Source: a phage
DNA length: 64,000 nt
Sequence record: PZ229304.1
Strand: one strand, 5' to 3'
Of this stretch, positions 57,256 through 64,000 are shown piece after piece. The notes under the pieces were generated by a model. The model saw nothing but the letters and a program-made list of their open reading frames with translations. It searched no databases and was not told where the DNA came from. The translations under genes were made by a program, and so were the position numbers. Every line of letters begins with the position of its first letter. Position 1 is the stretch's first letter.

Positions 57256-57433
57256 TTAAAGTCTCAACACAATTTTTAAAATCCCTAGAGAAACAATACA
57301 TCTGCTCTCCGTTCCTGTTGATAGTAATTGTATGGTTATCAATATATGTTGTCAAGATAAAAATTAAACAAAACAACCCTAAAGCAAAACAAATATTTTC
57401 AAACAGAATCCAAAGAACACGTAAAACCACCAT
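57227..57433 (-). CDS. small membrane protein (hypothetical)
   Basis: 68 aa with one strongly hydrophobic helix. Confidence 0.3.
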   Translation of the reverse strand: MVVLRVLWILFENICFALGLFCLIFILTTYIDNHTITINRNGEQMYCFSRDFKNCVETLNERVTNEKH

Positions 57434-57448
57434 CAGATCACCTCAATA

Positions 57449-57466
57449 AAGCCCCCGAAGGGGCTT
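57449..57466 (-). terminator. terminator hairpin downstream of TerC-like gene
   Basis: AAGCCCC-CGAA-GGGGCTT; plus-strand A-run gives a U-tract for the minus transcript. Confidence 0.5.
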
Positions 57467-57472
57467 AATGAA

Positions 57473-58450
57473 TTAAGCAACAGCCTGGTCTTCTTTTTCA
57501 GGGAAGATTAAACTTGCAAGAACACCCAGCCCAAGAGTACCTAACACAATATACATACTGATCGTCGGGTCAATGTGTGCTGGCAGGAAACTCATTTTTG
57601 CGTGCAGAGTTTCTGCAAACGGATGATACATCAGTTTTACACCCACAAATACCAGGACTACGATAACTGCTTTCTCCAGATGAACCAAATATTTCAGTGC
57701 AACACTAAGAACAAAGAACAGAGCACGTAAACCTAAGATTGCACAGAGCATCGAAGAGAACACCAGCAGAGGTTCTTGTGTCACTGCAATTACTGCTGGA
57801 ACAGAGTCTACTGCAAAGATTACGTCAACCATTTCCATTACAAACACACAAACCAGAGCCGGAGTTGCTACACGAACACCATTTTTGATTGTGAAGAACT
57901 TCTCACCATCCATCTGATCAGATACAGGGAACAGCTTACGAACAATGCGAGTAGCCCAGTGTTTAGAGTAATCAACTTCTGCATCATTATCTCCAGCGAA
58001 TACCATTTTAGCCGCACAGAAAAGGATGACAGCACCGAAGAAGATATTAACATACCAGCCCAAACTCAACAAGTAAGTACCTACTGCTACAAACACACCT
58101 CGGAAGACAATCGCACCTGCAATACCCCAAAGTAGAATCTTGTGTTGCAAGTGTGTGCTTTTAATACCAAAACTTGCGAATACTGCCACAAATACTACTA
58201 AGTTATCTACAGAAAGAGATTTCTCCAACACATACCCACTCAAAAACAAGCTCGCAAAATCAGCACCGTGTTGGAAGTATACAAAACCATAGTAGGCTAA
58301 TGATACCCCAATCCAGAAAATTGACCAACCAATTGCAGATTTAAATGAAATTTCTTTGTTTTCTCTGTGTCCAAAGAAATCAATACAAATCGACAACACT
58401 AAAATACCCACTAAAACAACCACATCAATAATTGGGAAACCCAGTTGCAT
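57473..58450 (-). CDS. terC: TerC-family integral membrane protein
   Basis: 325 aa, multi-pass hydrophobic; duplicated signature SLSVDNLVVFVAVF and FAVDSVPAVIAV typical of TerC. Confidence 0.75.
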   Translation of the reverse strand: MQLGFPIIDVVVLVGILVLSICIDFFGHRENKEISFKSAIGWSIFWIGVSLAYYGFVYFQHGADFASLFLSGYVLEKSLSVDNLVVFVAVFASFGIKSTHLQHKILLWGIAGAIVFRGVFVAVGTYLLSLGWYVNIFFGAVILFCAAKMVFAGDNDAEVDYSKHWATRIVRKLFPVSDQMDGEKFFTIKNGVRVATPALVCVFVMEMVDVIFAVDSVPAVIAVTQEPLLVFSSMLCAILGLRALFFVLSVALKYLVHLEKAVIVVLVFVGVKLMYHPFAETLHAKMSFLPAHIDPTISMYIVLGTLGLGVLASLIFPEKEDQAVA

Positions 58451-58527
58451 TCTTTCCTCCTCTTTAATGCGGAGGACAATCCTCCGCTCTATGTCTTATA
58501 CTATAAACTGTTTTTAAAGAAAGTCAA

Positions 58528-58776
58528 CTAGTTCAGTTCTGTAATTTTAAGTTTATCTTCTTTGTTAATGATAGGGAAAGCTACAGCATCACCTACATCA
58601 TCAATAAAGCAAATAGCAAGACCACCTTCCACTTTGCTAACCTGACCGTTAAAGGCATGATACGGGGCAGGAACTTCATCCCCATCTTCAATGAGAATAG
58701 CCTCGTAAACCTTGCCGATAGTACAATCACGGGTGTTTATAAATTTTTCAAGCACTTCAACATTTACTTTACGCAT
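58528..58776 (-). CDS. hypothetical protein
   Basis: 82-aa ORF. Confidence 0.3.
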   Translation of the reverse strand: MRKVNVEVLEKFINTRDCTIGKVYEAILIEDGDEVPAPYHAFNGQVSKVEGGLAICFIDDVGDAVAFPIINKEDKLKITELN

Positions 58777-58790
58777 ATAAAGATCCTCTC

Positions 58791-58997
58791 TTATTTGTTA
58801 GATTGAAAGATACCACGAAGTACCGCAAGAATGAACGTCACACAGACTACACTCCAAAACGTTACAGGAACATGATGCCAGTCTAAGCCGATAATGTCAA
58901 TCATATAGTTGTATGCTAAAAGCAGTAACCAACTAGGGATTAACACAATCAAGAACACAACAATAAAACAACCTAATACTGCTAAAACACCTGCCAT
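58791..58997 (-). CDS. small membrane protein (hypothetical)
   Basis: 68 aa, two hydrophobic helices. Confidence 0.3.
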   Translation of the reverse strand: MAGVLAVLGCFIVVFLIVLIPSWLLLLAYNYMIDIIGLDWHHVPVTFWSVVCVTFILAVLRGIFQSNK

Positions 58998-59006
58998 ACT
59001 TTCTCC

Positions 59007-59722
59007 TTATTTCAGTTTGTAAACAATTACATTTAAACCTTTGTTCACTAGAGTTTCTTCGATCATAAGTTTTACAATATTCCAAGAACCTCCAGCCAAA
59101 CCACAACCAAGCATTGGTAAACCTACAATTTTACCGCCTGAAGATACAACATCGTCTCCCATACTATCTAACGCATTGTAGATAGCTTCATAATCCAGGT
59201 CACGCTTACCTTCCTCACGACGACTATAACCATATTGTCCATATAAATTATAAATTGTCAAATTGTTTTCTGTATACTTAGTAAACGTACCTAATTTTTT
59301 ATAATCACCACGTTTAGTGGCACAATCTGCTTTAAACGCACCAGGCCACTTGCTTTTAATTTTTGGTGCAATACCACTACCCATAGTGCAAAAACAGTTA
59401 CAGCAGTGTGCTATAGCGTCTATATCGCCTCTCTCGGCTGCTGCTAAAAGATCACCGTATACCTCAATGATACCTGCTGGATAACTTGTTACAATTTCAT
59501 CTTCCCAATACATTTTCTCTACACCACCGATCAGTGCAAAGTTTTGTGTAATGCGATCATCAATATAGTTAAGACCTGAAACATACACAGCATATTCATC
59601 CTGTGCTGTAATGCCTTGTACACGAATTCTTAAGACACCATCTTTATCTGTTGCTACGCGCCCAAAATCTTTTTCTGTAATATTGGTGATAGGATCTCCG
59701 AAAGTCATTACTTTATTAGACA
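59007..59722 (-). CDS. macro-domain-like protein (ADP-ribose binding / processing), putative
   Basis: Probable start is the MSNKVMTF Met. DAIAHCCNCFCTMGSGIAPKI and IVGLPMLGCGLAGGSW resemble the two Gly-rich macro-domain motifs. Confidence 0.4.
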
Positions 59723-60573
59723 TAATAATCCCCTTTAACATTAGATTTGTTGATAATGTTGCTTTCAAAAAATTGACGCAGGAAATCAAAGTTCTCTTTG
59801 TATTTTTCAATATTATTGTAACCTTCTGCAAGGCAACCAAAGAACAGTTGTTCTACATAATACAAAGGAAGTTGTGAAAGTGCAATTTTAAAATCAACTT
59901 CGCTTTGACTCATTAGATACTTAATAGGACGAACCAAACATTTAGCATCAGTTTCTTGCTTAATCATTTTAATAAAAGCTGCCAGGTTATTGATATAGTT
60001 GAAGTTAAGTGCAGCTTCGGTGTTGGCTTCTGTACCTTCATACTTTGCAAAGTACAGGAAAAACGTATCGTTTTCAACACCTTCTTTGTCTAAAATTTCA
60101 ATAAGTTTTTCTTCGTGTGTTCCTGTAATATTAACATCATCAATGAAAATCAGAGTTTTATTACCCCAGAAATCACGATTGATAGAGAAAGTGTCACCAT
60201 CGATCAAAGCCTTACGATCTTCTTTGCTAAGAAATCCATAATCATTGATATAACTCACTTTACGATGAACGATATCCCACTCCACTGCTTTACCTCCTTT
60301 GATAGAGATTAGGTAGTTGAGGTGATCTACAAAATGCTCAGATAACACTGTAGCTGCATTTTTCACATAATTATATGGAGATGGAATAACAACAAAACTT
60401 TCATTTACTAGTCGTTCTTCATATTTAGAAAAGAAACTTTCAGCCAGAATGCGTCCCATTCTTTTTGCTGCCTGGTTACTGCCAAACTTTAGTTTGGAAT
60501 AATCTGCAATGTTAAATTTTGCTTCCTTCAGGTTAGTAAAAGTATTAGCAAAATGTTGAATTTGATTACGCAT
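59716..60573 (-). CDS. phosphoribosyltransferase (type I PRTase fold)
   Basis: 285 aa; LIFIDDVNITGTH matches the PRPP-binding motif (hydrophobic-DD-x-x-TG-x-T). Confidence 0.55.
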   Translation of the reverse strand: MRNQIQHFANTFTNLKEAKFNIADYSKLKFGSNQAAKRMGRILAESFFSKYEERLVNESFVVIPSPYNYVKNAATVLSEHFVDHLNYLISIKGGKAVEWDIVHRKVSYINDYGFLSKEDRKALIDGDTFSINRDFWGNKTLIFIDDVNITGTHEEKLIEILDKEGVENDTFFLYFAKYEGTEANTEAALNFNYINNLAAFIKMIKQETDAKCLVRPIKYLMSQSEVDFKIALSQLPLYYVEQLFFGCLAEGYNNIEKYKENFDFLRQFFESNIINKSNVKGDYYV

Positions 60574-61222
60574 TAATAAGTTCCTCTTTTTTAAGTTTAG
60601 CCAACAAGTCTTCTGGATTAATAATATGACAGAACTTCATCCCTATGTCAACAGCTTTTCCATCATAAATCAAACTATCTCCAACGTGTAAAATCTCCTC
60701 TGGTGCGAGATCAAACGTTACCATTTCATCAAAAGAGAGTTTAAAAAACCTAGGATCTGGTTTACACAAGCAAAACTCGTCAGAAAAATGCATAAAGTCG
60801 AATGGTAATTTTGTTAAACCAGAATATACAGCTAAGAAACTACCTGGTACAAAATTAGTATTACTCTTAATACTCAAAGAGTAGGTTGAACTTAGCTCTT
60901 CCAACTTCTTGCAAAGTTCAGGATTCAATGTTGGAGGATGTTTTATAAACATTGCTAAACAGTCTCTTTTTAACCCATCCACTTTATCAAGATCAATATT
61001 CAAATGAGTAGAAAGTGTTTCCCAAGCATTCCTAGACGTTCCACAAATTCCTTTTTCTGCTTTTAAATCCAGGAGAGTTTTTACCTCTTTATATACGGTA
61101 GCTGCTTCTGCTTCAGAACAAGAGGCATACTCGGCAATAACCTTGTTGCGTTCTTCTGCATACAAAGGATTAGCAGTAATAAGAGTATTCCATACATCAA
61201 AAGAAATATGCTTAACAGTCAT
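60566..61222 (-). CDS. HAD-superfamily hydrolase (phosphatase-like)
   Basis: Motif I-like ISFDVWNTLI near N-terminus and motif IV-like VGDSLIYD; likely start at the MTVKHISF Met with GGAGG RBS. Confidence 0.5.
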   Translation of the reverse strand: MTVKHISFDVWNTLITANPLYAEERNKVIAEYASCSEAEAATVYKEVKTLLDLKAEKGICGTSRNAWETLSTHLNIDLDKVDGLKRDCLAMFIKHPPTLNPELCKKLEELSSTYSLSIKSNTNFVPGSFLAVYSGLTKLPFDFMHFSDEFCLCKPDPRFFKLSFDEMVTFDLAPEEILHVGDSLIYDGKAVDIGMKFCHIINPEDLLAKLKKEELINA

Positions 61223-61391
61223 TTTTAATCCTCCGTCCAAAAGAATATCATCTGCTTAATTTTATTGATCTCTTGATGTAGTAACTTTCCAGCATGTGAT
61301 TGATCTTTAATATTGACAGCAAGAATTTCAAGCTCCGTTAGTTTTTCCTGGATAGCTTTATATTCATCATCTGTAAGCATTTTCTTCCCCT

Positions 61392-61595
61392 TTAGAATGG
61401 TAATCTTTGTATGTCACTTATACCCACACCAAGAAGTCTAGCAATATCCTTATCTAAAAGCAACTCTTTTTGTTCTAAAATGTTAATCAGATCTCCTAAT
61501 ACTTCTTTAATATCACGATCATTTTTAGCAACGTGACCACCTGCGGTATCAACTTTATCTTTAAAAACAAAATAATGATCCATAATACCCTCCAT
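61392..61595 (-). CDS. hypothetical small protein
   Basis: 67-aa ORF. Confidence 0.3.
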   Translation of the reverse strand: MEGIMDHYFVFKDKVDTAGGHVAKNDRDIKEVLGDLINILEQKELLLDKDIARLLGVGISDIQRLPF

Positions 61596-61603
61596 ATAAA
61601 TAA

Positions 61604-61622
61604 AGGAGGCTTTCGCCTCCTT
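61604..61622. terminator. bidirectional hairpin terminator
   Basis: AAGGAGGC-TTTC-GCCTCCTT flanked by an A-run and a T-run. Confidence 0.5.
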
Positions 61623-61629
61623 TTATCAC

Positions 61630-62790
61630 TTAGTAAGAACGACCACCAAACACATACTCTGTGTAGTTTTTACGTTCTTTGTTTTTAATAACAACTTCAA
61701 TGTTGTTGCCTTTATCATCGGTGAACACAAAGTGATAACCGTCACCACCCATTGTACGGATGTGTTTTTCATCATACGTCAGCAAGATACGGTCTACACC
61801 CCAGTAGTAGTCACCTTCTTCGTCTTTATCTTCTACGGTAACTACTCCTTCCATTTCAGGAAGATGCTCTTCTCCTGACTTATGATCTACAGCTACAACA
61901 TAACGATTACCGCTAAACAAACCTTGTGCTGTCATACCGTCAATATCTGTATCTGACGAAACATCTCCTGTACGATCTACACCGTTAACTTTCAGAAGTT
62001 TAACTTCTTTTGCAGCATAGCGGTGTTCAGTGATACTGATACCCATTAATGCAAGTGCATCAGAGAATTTGTCATTAGGGTAACGGTTAAGTTCTTCTAC
62101 TAAGGACTGAACAATATCAAAGTTCAAATCCACGGAAAGATTATAAAGCGTTTCAAAATCTGGTAAAAAGGCTTTGTTCTCCAGATTTTTAGCCAGATAG
62201 TCATCCATAGTAGCTTTAGGTAGTTTCTTATAGCTAAAGCTGTAGAAAATACGGCTAGGACGATTACGCAAAAATTCTGATACATAACCATCATTTTTAG
62301 TCAATACAAACAGCTTGTCGTAGCCACCTACACCATCCAGCAGGGTAAGCAAACCATCTTGTGCATCTTTTTCAGCATACAGTTTATCAAATTCATCGAT
62401 CATAATCATCACAGGCTGTGTGATTTTAGACATAAAATTGATAAAGCCTTCACCATTAAAAGCACTACCGATAGAAATAGTAGGAATACCCATTTCACGA
62501 AGAGCAGAAGACAGCATTTTAGCTTGCAAAGTTTTACCGCTACCTTTCGTACCCTCAAGGAGAACGCCTGTGTTTTTACCTTTGCGGCTAAGGAACGTCT
62601 TGATAATACGTTCTGATTTATCATCAGTATCACCGTATGTTACTGAAGGGACTTCCATATCGTTTTTAGGATACAGGAAGAACTCGCCACTTTGAGTAAC
62701 ACCTACACCAAAAGTTCCTGCTGGAATTTCTTCAATATCTGTACCAGATTTCTGACGCAGGAAGATTTGATTGCCGAATACTGTAAACAT
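61630..62790 (-). CDS. P-loop ATPase (AAA-like) of unknown role
   Basis: 386 aa; Walker A GTKGSGKT; Walker B MIMIDEFDKL. Confidence 0.5.
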   Translation of the reverse strand: MFTVFGNQIFLRQKSGTDIEEIPAGTFGVGVTQSGEFFLYPKNDMEVPSVTYGDTDDKSERIIKTFLSRKGKNTGVLLEGTKGSGKTLQAKMLSSALREMGIPTISIGSAFNGEGFINFMSKITQPVMIMIDEFDKLYAEKDAQDGLLTLLDGVGGYDKLFVLTKNDGYVSEFLRNRPSRIFYSFSYKKLPKATMDDYLAKNLENKAFLPDFETLYNLSVDLNFDIVQSLVEELNRYPNDKFSDALALMGISITEHRYAAKEVKLLKVNGVDRTGDVSSDTDIDGMTAQGLFSGNRYVVAVDHKSGEEHLPEMEGVVTVEDKDEEGDYYWGVDRILLTYDEKHIRTMGGDGYHFVFTDDKGNNIEVVIKNKERKNYTEYVFGGRSY

Positions 62791-62810
62791 AGTTTTCTCC
62801 TCTATTTAAT

Positions 62811-63281
62811 TTAGTCAGATTCCCAAATGTTGTCTTTCTTAACCCACATTCGTTGATTATCTGAACCTCTATAACGTTTCGTTGTTGGTTGATTCATATC
62901 ATACTTACCATCTATCACTATGTCAACCAGTTTTTTAATTTTCTCTGGAATTTCTTCAAAAAGATATCCTGTATATAAGACAATATCTTTTTTGTTTCCA
63001 AAACAATCTCTTACCTTCTCAAGAACATACTCTACAGTGTCAATGTTCTCTTTGTCAAGAGGTTCACCACCTAAAACTGTTAATCCTTTAATGAAAGGTC
63101 GAGATAAATCTTCCAAGATAAGATCTAATGTTTCAGCAGTGAACTCTTGTCCGTAGTTATACGACCAGGCTTTCTGGTTAAAGCAGCCACGGCAACCGTG
63201 GCTACAACCGCTCACCCACAAAGAGCATCTTACACCGTCACCGTTGAGCATGTCAACAGGTTCATATCCGGCGTAATTCAA
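62811..63281 (-). CDS. nrdG: anaerobic ribonucleotide reductase activating protein (radical SAM)
   Basis: 156 aa; DGVRCSLWVSGCSHGCRGCFN carries the radical-SAM cysteine cluster; immediately downstream of nrdD. Confidence 0.7.
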   Translation of the reverse strand: MNYAGYEPVDMLNGDGVRCSLWVSGCSHGCRGCFNQKAWSYNYGQEFTAETLDLILEDLSRPFIKGLTVLGGEPLDKENIDTVEYVLEKVRDCFGNKKDIVLYTGYLFEEIPEKIKKLVDIVIDGKYDMNQPTTKRYRGSDNQRMWVKKDNIWESD

Positions 63282-64000
63282 AAGTGTTTCTCCCTTTCTA
63301 GTACCTCTTGCATTTTACCTTTATTATAAGGGCGAGAATTAGGGGCAGAAAGGTATCCTGACACTCTTCTGATTACAGATATGGATTCTTCTTCATGATT
63401 ACCGCAACTTGGACACTCGAAGCCTTTAGCTGTTGCCTTAAATTCACCATGAAAACCACATTTGAAACACTGATCTACAGGTTGGTTCACGCCAAAATAA
63501 GGAATTTTGTTGTAGGCATAATCTACAAGAGTTTCCAGTGCTTGCAAGTTATTTTTAAGGTTTGGTGTTTCTACATAACCTATGTTCCCACCATTACTAA
63601 TTTGTGCAAAACCTTCCTCATAATCCCACTTTTGGAACGGGGTAGTGTGCATCCACACAGGTTGATGGAAAGAGTTTGTCAAGTAGTCACGATCAATAGA
63701 ACCAGGATAGCGATCATTTAATGCTTTGGCAAATTTATAGCACAAGGATTCTGCTGGTGTTCCATACAAACTAAAAGCTAAACCAGAACGTTCTTTAAAT
63801 GTGCAACAGATATCCTTCATATATTGAAGGATGTTTTTACCCATTGCTTTTGGATTGGTGTTATTTGGGTATAAAATCTCCATAGCTTCTGCTAAACCTA
63901 CATAACCGATACTAATAGAGGCATAACCACCTTCAAATAGTTTACCAATCTCTTCATTAGCTTCTAGTCGAGCTAAAGCCCCTTCCATAAACAATGTAGG
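63278..64000 (-). CDS. nrdD: anaerobic ribonucleoside-triphosphate reductase (class III), C-terminal part; N-terminus beyond window
   Basis: C-terminal zinc ribbon CFKCGF...CPSCGN followed by glycyl-radical motif RRVSGYL; ORF open to the window edge. Confidence 0.75.
   Translation of the reverse strand, partial: PTLFMEGALARLEANEEIGKLFEGGYASISIGYVGLAEAMEILYPNNTNPKAMGKNILQYMKDICCTFKERSGLAFSLYGTPAESLCYKFAKALNDRYPGSIDRDYLTNSFHQPVWMHTTPFQKWDYEEGFAQISNGGNIGYVETPNLKNNLQALETLVDYAYNKIPYFGVNQPVDQCFKCGFHGEFKATAKGFECPSCGNHEEESISVIRRVSGYLSAPNSRPYNKGKMQEVLEREKHF

Noticed and set aside
59723-59840. N-terminal extension of the macro-like ORF (MVALQKVTIIL...)
   Set aside because: The extension would overlap the 3' end of the PRTase gene; the internal Met (MSNKVMTF) at 59722 is the more likely start.
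37711-64000. Lysogeny or integration module (integrase, repressor, att site) in the minus-strand region
   Set aside because: No tyrosine/serine recombinase motifs or repressor-like HTH proteins were recognised; content is replication, modification and accessory genes consistent with a virulent phage.
1-64000. tRNA or other structured RNA genes in intergenic gaps
   Set aside because: Intergenic regions are short (mostly under 100 nt) and contain only simple hairpins; no cloverleaf-compatible segment seen by eye. A tRNA scanning tool would be needed to exclude this fully.

Overview
The window is a 64 kb segment of a large, AT-rich, tailed dsDNA phage with a contractile (myovirus-type) tail, likely infecting an enterobacterial-type host. 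No integrase, repressor, tRNA, rRNA or CRISPR array was seen. Positions 1-37710 form a plus-strand late structural module: terminase large subunit interrupted by a mini-intein in its P-loop, portal, scaffold, decoration-like protein, major capsid, neck proteins, tail sheath, tail tube, a tail chaperone with a -1 frameshift site, tape measure, baseplate proteins (spike, gp25/W-like, J-like, I-like) and at least six large tail fibre/tailspike proteins. Positions 37746-64000 are transcribed on the minus strand: DNA methyltransferase, an SSB-like protein, a minimal nucleotidyltransferase, an AP2-domain endonuclease-like protein, family A DNA polymerase, primase-helicase, a block of glycosyltransferases, a SleB-like wall hydrolase, then a tellurite-resistance-like (Ter) module (TerD, vWA/TerY-like, TelA-like, TerC) beside a macro-domain/PRTase/HAD trio, a P-loop ATPase, and anaerobic ribonucleotide reductase nrdG/nrdD (nrdD runs off the window). 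The most unusual content is this phage-borne Ter-like module with its embedded unannotatable genes and linked nucleotide-metabolite enzymes. All calls rest on motif reading and gene order by eye; no database search was run.
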